Shown here one piece after another: positions 1 to 13,000 of a stretch of DNA of 64,000 nt. The stretch's first letter is position 1, and each line of letters begins with the position of its first letter. The notes below the pieces were generated by a model. That model was given only the letters and a program-made list of their open reading frames with translations, did not search any database and was not told the origin of the DNA. The position numbers were made by a program, and so were the translations under genes. Origin of the DNA: Euprymna scolopes (Eukaryota); NCBI GenBank assembly GCA_053919585.1, contig CM132802.1. The stretch is one strand, 5' to 3'.

Positions 1-423
1 CAAGTATTACAGTTGTTAAGAAAGAGGTTGTTACTGAAAGCCAATCAATTGTCGTTAGTGAGGAGGTACTTAGTGCTGATAAACCTAGAGAAATCCAGGA
101 GAAACTTCCGGTCGTGGAAGTATCTACAAAATATAAGGAAACAATAAGGTTAAACATAGTAAAAGATTTTAACGATATATGCACCTGGGCGGGTGACAGG
201 TTTACTCTTGAGATCGTATTTGATGCATATCCTGCACCTCGAATTTCATGGTTCTTCGAGGATGAGCCAATTGAATCCACTGAAGAATTCAAGATTGTCA
301 TTGAAGAAACGAGAACAATGATTATTGTGAAACAAGCAATCCTGGAAGATGAGGGTGAATACAGGGTCAAGATTGAGAATGAAGCTGGCTCTCTTATATC
401 AACTGCATATGTAACAGTTCTGC
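1..423 (+). CDS. 3' part of a coding exon of a titin/sallimus-like gene (E/V/K-rich linker plus Ig I-set domain); begins upstream of the window
   Basis: Frame open from position 3 (SITVVKKEVVTESQ...) into an I-set pattern: GDRFTLEIVFDAYPAPRISWF...LEDEGEYRVKIENEAG...AYVTV. Ends at donor CTGC|GTAAGT (423/424), phase 1. Confidence 0.9.
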
Positions 424-1234
424 GTAAGTAACAAAAAGGAAAACTATAAATATAAAATCGGGCTTTTCTAATATATATTAGCAGCTTTGTCTTAATGTTA
501 ACTCTGAAAGAATGTGCTGTTGCCCAGACAAAAAAGAACTTCCTACCAGAATTCCATTGTGCTTTGCTAATGCTGTTTTCTTGCTTGTATGATTTGGCTC
601 TGTTAGATTATTATTTAAAATATTTACTATTAATTTAGATAATTAATTAATATAAATATATTGTACTTGATTTCAACAGAATATTTAGCCTTTTATTCTT
701 TTAAATATTCAGGTTTTCATGGTACTATTCTGTTGATATCTCAATACGAAACATCTTAAGAACAAATCATACCCTAAATTATTCTAAGAAAATGGTTTGT
801 TCTGAGACAACATAAAAATTCAATCGTTGTTTTTCCTCTTTTATTTTGCTGATGTATTGCGGCTTGCTTTTCTCACTGTTATAATATTGATGATAAATGT
901 GTAGTAAGTGGTACGCATATTTTTTTAAGTAATACTAGTTAATATTTATATTTGATGTAGAATTCTAAATGCCTTCATCCTTGTGATTAAAAATACCAAT
1001 ACTTCGAAAACAAAAAATGTATGTAATTTTAGATTCTAAATTATAAAGATATTATTTCTTTATTTTCTTATTTCGTTGATTGTTATAGTTTTTAATTTTA
1101 CAAATGCTTAAATAATGTATTGATAGATTTGTATTATCATGTGAACTTCAGGGCCTTAATGTTGTCAGAATTGAATATTAAATAATATATTTTTTACAAA
1201 TCATTGTAGTTATTATTTCCGATTTAAATAAATA

Positions 1235-1500
1235 GGAACTTAGTTTCAATAAACAGTTACATACTTTAAATATATAGTTATATAGTTACAAATATTTATC
1301 TAATTTCAATAAACAGTTTCATAGTTTCAATAAACAGAAACCTAGTTTCAATATTTAATTACCTAATTTCAATAAATAGTTACCTAATTTCAATAAACAG
1401 TTACATAGCTTTAATTAAGTACCCTGTTTCAATAAACAGTTACTTACTTTCAAAATTAGGTACTTAGTTTCAATATGAAATTACCCAGTTTAAATAATTT
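1235..1500. repeat. ~21-bp minisatellite, left part (CAGTTACATAGTTT(C/A)AATAAA-like)
   Basis: Repeated tagtttcaataaacagttac units. Confidence 0.8.
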
Positions 1501-1507
1501 CATTACG

Positions 1508-2207
1508 CATTAGCTGGATGCCCGGCATTGCCTGGTCGTACAGTATGCTTAAATATTATATTTTAATTTATGCAGATTGTGTATGTATTACTAGAGAATC
1601 AATCCTTTATTCAATATTATATATTACGCGGAATAATTTGCCTGGTCGACTAATTTGCAAAAAATAAATAAATAAATAAATAAATAAATTTTAATAATAA
1701 TAATAATGTCATTCATCAAATTCCATCTGTGTTTACAATATCTCGTCAGCTGATATTTGGGCTTGACGATGAATGCCCTGGAAAAGTCACTTCTGATTAA
1801 TGTTTAGTTTTAAAATATGCAAACAAAGAAATGATTTGTGGCAATTTTAAATGGTACTTTTCTTTTACCATAAATTGAACTCATTAATAAGAAAAAATTA
1901 AAATAAAATAATGAGCTACTCATTCGATCTGTAGTCGAATGCTCTACCACCGAGCTATATATACAGATGTTGATAAATCTGTTTTGTTTTTTTTTTCTAA
2001 GAAGAAATGATTTGCTGAGATGTTATTATCTCTTTTGGCTGGTGTAACGTAAAATATTACCCTGTAAAAATTCTTCGTTATGTAAAAGAAAGACATATAA
2101 ATTATAGCTTTGTGTGAAATTTGCAAAAGATAGGTTCAATCGTTTCGGAACCTATGAGGAAAAATCTCACGTACACATAAAGTGACTTTTATATAATAGT
2201 AGAGATA
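1508..2207 (-). mobile_element. Non-autonomous Helitron-like element inserted in the minisatellite
   Basis: Minus-strand 3' hairpin ccaggcaatgccgggc followed by atccagcta; the other end reads tctctactattatataaag. The same satellite lies on both sides. Confidence 0.6.
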
Positions 2208-2209
2208 GA

Positions 2210-3330
2210 AGTATCTAGTTCCAATAAACAGTTACATAGTTTAAATAATCAGTTACATTATTTAAATAATAAGTTACATAGTTTAAATAAGTTACATAGT
2301 TTAAATAATCAGTTACATTATTTCAATAATAAGTTACATAGCTTAAATAATCAGTTACATAGTTTAAATAATCAGTTACATTATTTAAACAATAAGTTAC
2401 ATAGTATAAATAATCAGTTACATAGTATAAATAATCAGTTACATAGTATAAATAATCAGTTATATTGTTTAAATGAACAGTTACATAATTTAAATAATCA
2501 GTTATATCGTTTAAATGAACCATTACATAGTTTCAATAATCAGTTACATAGTTTCAATGAACAATTACAGTTTCAATGAACAATTACATTGTTAAAATAA
2601 TCAGTTACTTAGTTAGAATCATCAGTTATATATTTGAAATAATCATTTACATAGTTTAAACAATCAGTTATATAGTTTCAATGAACAATTACATAGTTTA
2701 AATAATTAGTTACAATGTTAAAATAATCAGTCATATATTTTAAATAATCAGTTATATAGTTTCAATCAACAATTACATAGTTTAAATTATCAGTTATATC
2801 GTTCAAATGAACAATAACATAGTTTAAATAATCAGTTACATAGTATAAATAATCAGTTATATAGTTTCAATCAACAATTACATAGCTTAAATTATCAGTT
2901 ATATAGTTTCAATGAACAATTACATAGTTTAAATAATCAGTTACGTGGTATACATAATCAGTTACATAGTATAAATAACCAGTTACATAGTTTAAATAAC
3001 CAGTTATATAGTTTAAATAATCAGTTACATAGTTTCAATGAACAATTACACAGATTAAATAATCAGTTACATAGTTTAAATAATCAATTACATTGTTTCA
3101 ATATATAGGTTCTTTTTTTTTCAATAAATAGTTACCTAGTTTAAATTGTTAAGTACTTAGTTTTCATAAACAGTTATACAGTTTGAATAAATGAGTACCG
3201 AGTTTCAATAAACAGTTATTTAATTTTTAAATATAAATACGTAGTTTCAATGGACAATTATCTAGTTTCAATAAGCGGATACCTAGTTTTCATAAACAGT
3301 TATACAGCTTCAATAAACAGTTACCTTGTT
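2210..3330. repeat. 21-bp minisatellite, main block (CAGTTACATAGTTTAAATAAT)n
   Basis: Dozens of contiguous units; explains the 7-aa-periodic spurious ORF 2323-2523. Confidence 0.95.
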
Positions 3331-5039
3331 TAGAAAATCTAATATCTAATTGATATAAAGGTCCTCTATGGTATAATGGTTTGTTTTTTTATGAATGTTA
3401 ACTTCATCTCGTAAAACTATAACCATACAATGACAAATAACAAAAAGCTTGTCTCAAATCTTTCTTCTTTCCTATTTCTTTGTGAACTTACCCACTTTGT
3501 TATTGTATTTCTCGGCCTGACTTCCTGCTGTTAATTCCTTCCTGCTCATCATTTCTATCTCGTCTTCATGTACAGATGTAGACGCATGGTTGTATGTATG
3601 TTTGAAAAACTGTGCCATTAAAAAAATAAGTTGAAACATTGCTTTAAATGTTACTTTATATTAAATCTAAGAAAAAAAAAGACATTGTTAGAAATTGAAG
3701 AGCAAAACATTTCTCAACCGATTAGATCATAATCATACTTTAGATTATTTTATCATTTTTAACATTTTTGTCGGCATTTATTTAGTTTTACCCCAATATT
3801 AAAAACTGCATGTAAAAAGAAAATAAACAAAATGGTACAGCAATTTTATTACGTACTTACCTGTAAGGTTTAAAAAGGGCAATACGCCAAAAATTACACA
3901 AATCCATCAAGTATTTTTTTTAAACAGAAAAAATATTTTAATGACGAAATGTCTCGTCTGCTATTTTCTGCATACATAAAGTTCAAAGGATAAGGAACAT
4001 AATTGAACACGGTCATAATAAAAATTATAGATAGAAATCGTTTACCTATCAAATTTGATTTTATTTCATGAAAACAAAAATACTGGATGAATTAGTGCAA
4101 ATTGTGGTATACAGCTTTTTTCAAAAAATTATCATTAACCTTATAGGTACATACATAATAAAGGTTTTGTACAATTATAATTTTTTTAATATTGGGGTAA
4201 AACTGGATAGCGCTTTTTTCTTCTTTCTACAAATTATATATATAAAATACAGAGCTGTATATAGCCGGCAGTACTCCAAACTCTTTTTACCTGGATTTTT
4301 AATTTTGCTAATTGACTCACACCCTTGCCTTTTCTCTTAATGTTTACGATTTTTTGCTATATCAAGGGGAAACAACTCGGTTCAAAAATACAATTCTTAT
4401 TTTACCTCGCTTGAAAATTCGTTATGACTACACGGCGTTACCTGGGAGTTCTTTTATCTTCAGTTGTGCTTCGTTTTTATTTTAACAGATTACCTTTTTA
4501 AAATAAGATTCTTAAAGTTAAATTTAATTATTAATGTATATGCATGGTCATTAAATTATTAATTGAACCATATAAAACTAGAACAATATTTTTATAAATG
4601 TAAAGAAATGAACATAATAGTATAAAAATGATTAGATAAATATTTAAAAAAATGTAACCTTTATTTTTATTTTCATAATCCACAGAGTAGACATAATGAG
4701 TATTTGGCATTAGTTCAAAGCCGATTACTTTTATTAAAAACATAATTTCTAATATTTTCTGCTTCAAATAACAAATATGTACATACATTCATCATAGTTA
4801 CTAACTCTCTCATGCAAATACTAAGTAGCATATTTTTCCCACAAAATATCACAAATATTTCGTTTGCATCAGCTATAAGGTGGTGTAGATGGATTAACAT
4901 AATGAGATACTGTACGAACACTACTCAAGGAGCTGTTATAAACTGGTCTAGACTGATATAACTAATCAATGTTTCATTTTAATAGTTTTTCTCATTTATT
5001 ACTTTGAAAGTTCATGTTTTATCACAGGTAAATGCGGAA

Positions 5040-5524
5040 TATTATTCTCAGCTATTGGCATACAATGTGTGCATGGTAGGAGGGTGACAGTGGCCCAGGC
5101 CAACCAAATTAATAGCGGTAGTGTGTGGGGAAGGAGGTCAATAATTTTCAAGCGATCTTCCATTTGTTGTACTATTTCTCAGTTCTAGGACTTATATTTG
5201 ATTCTTTGGGGCAGATAACCAAGGAGTTAAACCCGAGCATGACCAGACCTTTGCATACCACTGTTCACAGCATACATATATGTCATTATTTTTAGATGTT
5301 GATATGTCATTCTCAACCAGTAGCATGTAGATGTGGAGGAAGCGACAGAATAGTGGCCCTGAGCAACGAAATTGGGGGTAGGGAGCAGTCAATCATTTTC
5401 AAACTATCTTCCTTTCTCATAATATGTCTTAGTACTAGGACTCGTACTAGAGTCTTTAGGGCATACAATCAAGGAGTTACCTCTGCACATTCTTAGCATA
5501 CATATACATCATTATTTTTAGATG
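5040..5524. repeat. Diverged ~230-bp tandem duplication
   Basis: ctaggact...caaggagtta...gcatacatat..tcattatttttagatg occurs twice, ending near 5298 and 5524. Confidence 0.6.
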
Positions 5525-5790
5525 CAATGTCAAATGTCTTCATTTATTTCCAAGAAAATATGCTTACTACTATTAGTACAAATGTTATTTTTCAGCTGCT
5601 GTGCATAAAATGTTATACATGTGCACTGACATATTGCAGTGCTAATGTATTAATACTATGCAATCATTTACCATTGCTTGCCTGTTCGTTTGATGCTCAT
5701 GATTCGCACAGTTGCACCAAATGTCTCTGCACTCTCTTAATAATGATTTCTTTTTTCCAAGTAATTTAAACAGGAGACAGATTTGTCCAA

Positions 5791-6570
5791 ACTAGTTCTA
5801 CCTAGCCGGCGTTGTCCAGGATGAAGTAAAGTAACTTTTATTTTTATTTGGGTGCGTGCATATATATATACTAAAAGGATTGTAACATGATCGTTTACCA
5901 GGGAAAGTAACTTGGGTTGTCCGTGCCATGGGGGCGTCTCTAGAATATTTTGTTACATCCTGGTCGCAGATACCTCGGAAGTATAAACGATAAAACATTA
6001 CCCGTTCCAGGATGGGTAAAATTAATTCCCCAAACAAAACAGTTTTGCATCTCCTTGTGAAGATTATAATCAAGATATAACGATATTAAACTTGTGTCTA
6101 GAAACCCTTATCCATTACATGATTTTGATTCTAGAAAAATGTCTAACATTTAAGGCTTAAGTTTAAGGGGTCTTAAGAAATTGAAATCTAGGGAATCTTA
6201 CTCAATTGGTGTCTAATGACGATGGATCAAATTCAATACAAATCTGATACATTTAAAATTTCAAATCAGAGGTTGTGTTCTCCAACTTTCTTAAAATATT
6301 TAAAAAAAAAAAAAACTGTATTTATTAATTGATTTCAAATATCTATTGTTAAAATTTCACAAAAATCAGAGATCTCTGAATTTTCACAAAGGGCCTCTAC
6401 CTCTTTTTCTTTATCCCCTTTGCATACAACAAAAACTAAATATAGCCTAAATTACCCATCCTTGCACCTAGCAACTATGTTCCAAAATTATGTTAATTAT
6501 TTTAGAAGTGAATCCTGTACATGCAAATATATAAACATATAAACGTACTTAACGTTATAAAGATGTAGAT
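5791..6570 (-). mobile_element. Non-autonomous Helitron-like family A copy
   Basis: Minus-strand 3' end cctggacaacgccggctagg...aactagt. Internal block gattctagaaaaatgtctaa...gggaatctt..aattggtgtctaatgac is shared with 7545-8160, 24520-25070, 33905-34210 and 38690-39180. Confidence 0.65.
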
Positions 6571-6973
6571 ATATAATTAATCGGTGAAAATAGCTTTATA
6601 AACGTCAAATCTTTTGATGTATGAGGATTTAAGAATTTTTAAGCCAGTTCACATAACTTTCTATTTAACAGTTTAAAAGTTTACAACTTCTTTTACAATT
6701 GTCATAAAATAAATAATTTATTTTACCAACTGTTAGCAAAATATTAAAATGGCTGACTTTTATATAAATATATTGAAATGAATTGTGGTGGATTTCATTT
6801 GTTTAAACCGTATTTTAAAATGTTTATTTTATGCCATTTAATTTTTGCTATCAATATATATTCGATTAACAATATATACAATTAAAATTAATTCAATGTG
6901 TACATCATTTATTTGTAAGACAAAAAATACAAAGACCATGCACACAGACACTCATGAAGTTGTCTTATAATTT

Positions 6974-7230
6974 TACTAGCAAAATACCTGTCCCATGACA
7001 GGTATAACCAATATGTATAGCATTAGTTTTAATTTTTCTTCTTTTGCTTTCGGGAGAGAGGGGTTAATACGTCACGGCTTTATCCCCCTCCACCGCTAAA
7101 TGTTAAAGTTTACAAAAAACGTATAATAATGTTCCAATGTTACTCATTGTATTGCCTAGAATATGAATCCCATATATCATAATGATAAGTTCCTTAGTTT
7201 TGGAATTTATCTTGCACATACATATTATTG
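6974..7230 (-). mobile_element. Short Helitron-like element (family shared with 21454-21650)
   Basis: actag followed by the perfect hairpin TACCTGTC-ccat-GACAGGTA; same layout at 21455 (tacctgtc-gcaa-gacgggta). Confidence 0.6.
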
Positions 7231-7544
7231 ATAGCTTGCATGCCCATCAATCTACTTAAAATTTTAGATTTTATTACATAATATAATTTACACTTTGATG
7301 CAGAGCAATTCTTTTCTCTAGTAAATTTTTTGTACCTAGCTTATTTTAAAAGTTTGTTCTTTTTTTATTTGGGTAGGGAAGTGCAAGTTTGAGAGATACA
7401 CTCACCCCAATAGTAAGGTTAAACAAAATAATAATGTGCACAGTTTACTCTCTGTGTTGTTTAGTATATAAATGTCATAATTCATAATGACCAGTTCATT
7501 AGTTCAGAAGTGAATTCTATACATAGAAATATATATAAAAACAC

Positions 7545-8160
7545 TAGTGTAATACCTGCCCAATGAGGAGTAAAATTAATTCCCTGAACACTGCTTTTAT
7601 ACCCCCTTAAAAAGATTAAAATCAAGCTATAATAATGTCTAGAATTATTCAAATTTTGATCAATATCCATTACATGATTTTGATTCTAGAAAATTTCTAA
7701 AATTTAAGGCTTAAGCTTGAAGCGTTTTAAAATGAAATTAATATTCAAGAAATCTTGTTTAATTTGTGTCTAATGACTATGGATTAAATTCAATATGTAT
7801 CTGATTTGAATTTTCAGATTGGAGATTCTGCCCATACCATTCCTCCTAAATACCATTTAAAATACCCCCCAAATTGAAATTTCGTATATATTTATTAATT
7901 ACAGATTAATATCTATTGTCCAAATTTCATAAAAATCGGATGTATCTGGATTTTTGCAACGTGCTTCAACTCCCACCTTCTTTTAACTCGTTTGCCTAAA
8001 ACTAAGTTAAACCAAATATAGCTCACATTTGGACCCCTTAACTGTAGATACCTATGCTCAAAAATTAATTATTATCAGGTGATTAGTTCAGGAATTCTGT
8101 ACATACAAATATATAGATATAGATACATACCTATCTTTACACAGAGAGACATAAGCAAAA
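7545..8160 (-). mobile_element. Helitron-like family A copy
   Basis: actagt terminus; sequence colinear with about 6090-6560. Confidence 0.65.
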
Positions 8161-8162
8161 TG

Positions 8163-8206
<44 letters not shown>

Positions 8207-8293
8207 AAAATCATAAAAACTTATAAATCTATAAGGAAAGTATACAAAATTTTTATTATTTGGCAAGGAGTACAAATAAAACAAGGAAAAGAT

Positions 8294-8344
<51 letters not shown>

Positions 8345-8349
<5 letters not shown>

Positions 8350-8530
8350 ACCCGAATATAAGAAAAAATCTTTTCAGGTTTTCAGGTCCCAAATTAGAGC
8401 TTGTGTAAATGTACAGGGTAACCCGGATGTAAGTGGAATCCGGATATAAGAGAGCTAAATCCCCCCCGTATGTTATATCCGTTAAATATGTTATATCCGG
8501 GTTATATTGTAACCCGGATATAATATATCT
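8345..8530. mobile_element. MITE-like remnant with inverted AACCCGGATATAA motifs
   Basis: gtaacccggatgtaag, ttatatccgggtta and taacccggatataa occur in both orientations. Confidence 0.45.
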
Positions 8531-9249
8531 TATTTTCATATTTTTAATATATCCAATTGAGCAATTCTGAGTCCCTTAAATTCGAACTTTTCACAAAAAA
8601 AAAAGATAGTTTTCTTTTCAGAGGCTTAAGATAACTTTGACAATTATAAAAATTAGCTTTAAATATTTTTGAAAATTATAAAAATTATTAAACAGTTCTT
8701 AAGAAAGATAAATCATTTTAGAAGGGATTTAGAAGGAAAAATATAACTTTTTAAATCTATCTATATATGTATGTATGTGCATGTGTATCAGTTTATATAT
8801 GTATAGAGAGAGAGAAGGGGGGAGAGAGAGACAAAGATTATTATAAAGATTACAGAGAGTTTCAAAGAGAGATAACTTTTCATTCCATTTTTACTTATCT
8901 GCTCTGAATTTATCTCTGATGAAAAAATGACTGGTTTACTTGATATTACATCCAGCAATAATATCCCTTTTTTTCCTAAATTCACTTTTAAGCTTTTCAC
9001 TGCCCAAATTATTCCTTGCTGCGTTTTATTAAAATGATTATTGAAAAAAAAAGTAAGCAAATCGCTTTATATAACAGTTAAACCAATCTAATGAGCATGC
9101 TCTTTAATGGGCTGACCCCCTTTTTGCTAACTGCTGTTACTACGTGGATTGCCCCTACGACTAATGTTGTAGTGGTCAATAAACCCTTACAACGCTGAAC
9201 CGTTCTTCACCTGCTTGGGCAGTCATTCATATAAAAAATTTCATTTATA

Positions 9250-9331
9250 TGCAGGGTGTTCTGAAAATAACAATCTATTTTGGAATATAAATTAACATCA
9301 AAATGGATGTTTAATTTTGAGACACCCTGTA
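9250..9331. mobile_element. ~80-bp Tc1/mariner-type mini-MITE
   Basis: Inverted ends CAGGGTGT...ACACCCTG-TA with further internal complementarity. Confidence 0.6.
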
Positions 9332-10055
9332 TAAAATATCTGTACAGTTTTCTTAATGGTAATCATTTTCAAAAAACAGCGTCTCCAGAGCAGGTCTGTG
9401 GAGTTGAGAAGAATAAAGTCCTACTCTGAATCCTAAAATTCCAAAAATTCACATTATGACTTTAACTCTGACACCTAGAATCCCAATCCTATATCTTATT
9501 CTACAATTCAAAACCTATGCTTAATTAATTAAGATATTTCAAACTAATGAAAACTCTAACACGATATTGTAACTGTAAGAATAAAAATACCTGCCCTTTT
9601 AATAATAATTGCATATATAAGGCAGTGGTTTACAGGTGTATTGTTAAATCTTGTTATAATAGTAGCAGTAATCAGGATAATCATACTATCAATAGTAATA
9701 ATAATAAAATTTATTAAGAATCATAATAATAATAGAGACATGAATATAATACCTATATCGGTTTGACTGAAAGTCCTATCCAAATCACGTACTGTCTTCA
9801 ACTCTTCAACCTTACTCTGGGGGCGCTGTCATCAAGTTACAGAATATTCACAGTTATTATAGTCAAAATAAAGACAAATAATGATTTTTTTTTTCATATA
9901 AATCACTATTAAGGATACCTGGCATTTCCTGTGAATGCTAATTTCCATTAATTACCCTACTGAAAAAAATAGTGATGAAATGAAATAATCTGTTTAATAT
10001 TGTAATTTGAAATGCTTAAGTTTATTTTCAGAGAAAGTCAGAGATAAAATACCTA

Positions 10056-10120
10056 TGCCCCAGGTGAGGTTCGAATTCACAACCTCTCTCTAAGTACTGC
10101 GCGCTAATCGATTGAGCCAC
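10056..10120 (-). pseudogene. tRNA-Ile(UAU)-derived pseudogene fragment
   Basis: Minus strand GTGGCTCAATCGATTAGCGCGCAGTACTTA-gaga-GAGGTTGTGAATTCGAACCTCACCTGGGGCA matches the D arm, T arm and 3' acceptor of metazoan tRNA-Ile-TAT as I recall it. The 5' acceptor strand and 3' anticodon strand are missing. Confidence 0.75.
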
Positions 10121-11394
10121 CTTACAAAATAGGAAAAGGTGACACTATTAACTACATAAATCAAGAACAAGCAGTTTTATTTCTTCTTTTCCTTGTTTGA
10201 ATTTTTCGTTCTACCCCCTTATTATAATCGAGTGTGAGTTAGCTGCTTAACTACATAAAGCAGAGCAGGTGGCTTTTTTCTTCTTTTCTTCTCTCTTTTA
10301 ACTTTCATTCCCCTCTCTCTAGTTTAATACGGGTCAGCCAGCGAATATCAGAAAACTATTGCTAGAGTTGTCCCAGCATTATGGGTGTCAATGTTAGGAT
10401 TTCTGAGTGTAAGGGTAAAAGCTCATAACCCCCTTTCCTTTACTTATAACTGATTAAGAATAAATTATCAACCAGGATTAAATATTAAAACATTATAATC
10501 TATCGGAAATGCAATTTTTATTTTTTAACAACACAGACCAATATTTGGTTAATATGACTATTGAAACAGATTTGAATATATACCTTATCTTTAAAAAGCT
10601 ATTAATTACAAAGATTGGCAAGATAAGTGAATAAAAGTTGATCAACCATAGTTTGAGATTTGAACGCAGTCATTAGGTATTATTACGTATTACTTATAGA
10701 CTTCCATAGACTGGTGAAGAGACGTTCAGTAACACCATTTGAAAATGATTACCGTTAAGAGAATTGTATAAAAAAAAGGTTAATTTGATTAAAGTAAAAT
10801 AAATTTATTTTTTAAAACTATTGTGAAATTTATATTCATCTATTTTTTTTTCTGCGTCAGCTGGACAATAATTCAACGGTGAAAGGGTTAAAAACGTTTT
10901 TCTCTAACATTAATATATTTTTACTTATTTGCAGAGTCAATGTCCTTTCATGTAAGGTATTATGCATGTAATATTTTTGTTTATATCATTAATGTATCAA
11001 TAAATTGAATATCTGTTAATAGTTTATGAAGAGAAACAACATAATTCACATTTTTAAAAGAACTTATCAAAAAGCGAAAATTTCTCTGTGGAAATTTTCG
11101 CTTTTTGTTTTATAAATTCTTGGAAATCATTCTCTGTTTTGAATAAGCTTTTTGCAGCTTATTTGTATCATAAACAATTAAATCCATAAATTGCATTATT
11201 TTCTATAAGAAAACTGTATGAATCATATAGAAATAAGGTATAGGGTTTCTCAGTATAAAACGTGGTAATCCATCTTGTTGTGGTATCATACATATTTAGA
11301 TACACAACGGACTCTTCCAATAACTATATAATATTTTGACTCTAATACACTTGGGAGTCGAGTAACAGAACTACTTTCAGACAATATGCATACC

Positions 11395-11945
11395 AATTGA
11401 GGATCTGTCTTTACAATCAATCAGCAGAGACTGGGCCAACTCGGTGACCATTTATCTGTCAGGTTGGGGTAATTCTAGGATGTCCACCCTCTCTTGCCTT
11501 TCTTGCTTTGAGAACGAGTTGGTTCAGAGCTGTCTGGAGTACCCTCATCGGGGAATGCCAATAAAGCTGTTCAGGCAAATTTGGAGGGACCAGAGTGCAT
11601 TACCTCTAGTGTGATTGCTTTTGCTTCAAGAATATCATGTTAAATTGAAAAATGATCACGAACAAGAAACGCAGTAGTTTCATCCTTATTTATATACACA
11701 ATGGATTCATTTGATAAATACATAATACTTTCACTGTAATCCACTCAGGGTTAAACAACAAATGATAAATCATAAATGACAAATGTTGACAAATATATAC
11801 CAGTTGAAGATCCGTTTTGACAATCAATCTGACAGAGAGTGGGCCTCGACTAAAAAATGCTGACAGGGTTTCCAGGCATTTTTAAGCGGTCAGAGTGCTC
11901 CATCTTTGGGGTGCTGACTTATTCTTCCCACCTACAAACCTTATG
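11395..11945. repeat. Two partial copies of an unclassified GC-richer interspersed repeat (third copy about 45900-46110)
   Basis: Shared blocks gatc.gt.tt.acaatcaatc...gggcc, tccacc.tc...ggggaatg...aagctg and cagagtgc...ggggtgct. Confidence 0.5.
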
Positions 11946-12269
11946 CCACAACATCCTAAGATATAATAGATAGAAAATTGTATTTATATTTAATACAAAT
12001 TATTCACAATGCATCTGTAATTTATTCAGACAATCAAGCAGCTAAAGCTACACTGGCAACATTGTATTACTGTAATGTAACCTTATTCTTCTTTTCAACA
12101 TGTGTTTTGCTCTTAACTATTTGATATGCCTCTTTGAGGACATGACACGCCTTTTTATGAACGAGACAAGAAAGACAAGAAAACTTTGCATTCACAAAAA
12201 ACTGAAATGATAACAATATGAGTGTTCCTTTAGTATATCTTTTAAAATTTAAATTTTACAAGCCATTTT

Positions 12270-13000
12270 CTAAACATGCACCTCGGCACTAATAGAACCA
12301 TTCTAAAAAGTAACAGATTACCCTGACACACTCTTTCATTGTTATGCTATGGTTCTGCTGAGTAATGACTTCCTTGAGTTCTGCGATTGTTTGTGAATTG
12401 TTCTCATACACATGGTCTTTCAAAAAACAAAAACACAAAGATAGAAATCGAGTACATGTGGTGACTATTCTGGAATGCAGCGTTTTCTGATCAATCAACT
12501 TGCAAAACAACAATGCAAATGTTCTATCATGATGTTAGCTGTATGGGGAGTTGATTCATCTTAAAACCATTGCTTATCTCATCACATACCATGACAGACA
12601 TGAAGTACTCTTCAGAGTTTGTTAAATATACTATGTGACACTCATTATTAACCATCACTTTTTCCTTATTCTGAAACTAAAATGGAACCCGATGATGCCA
12701 TGTTTGAAGATGGCGGCCCACATGGTGCACTTTAATATGCAATGGTCTCTGAAGGATTTCATCTGCCGCTTGAGATGGTCCTTCAGAATGCAGAGTTGTA
12801 GCTATTGATAAGGAAAAGTGGGCTTCATCACTGAAACACACATTCTGAAGAAAGTCTTCTCTTAATCAGTCAACATACAAAGCAACAATCTAGCCACTGC
12901 ATAGTTATGTGAGGTGTGCTAGCAATTACTATCTTGATGAAACCATTGTCCCTCTTAGCATATACTATAATGGTCATCAAATGCCCTCCAGAATTATTAA
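12270..13000 (-). mobile_element. Degraded Tc1/mariner-superfamily transposase
   Basis: Minus-strand motifs in the expected order: VCFSDEAHF, TMWAAIFKHGIIG, WF*DESTPHTA (QQDGAxxH-like), FLKDHVYENNSQTIAELKEVI. Stops and frameshifts present. Confidence 0.8.

Noticed and set aside
114-431. Stand-alone 105-aa gene; likewise the starts called at 15374, 18940, 51345 and 55231
   Set aside because: These are GTG/TTG starts from a prokaryote-style ORF caller; the segments are spliced exons.
8075-8539. ORFs with IYIYIY or CVCVCV runs (also 36684, 37090, 37835, 41394, 43772-44079)
   Set aside because: Translations of (TA)n and (GT)n microsatellites.
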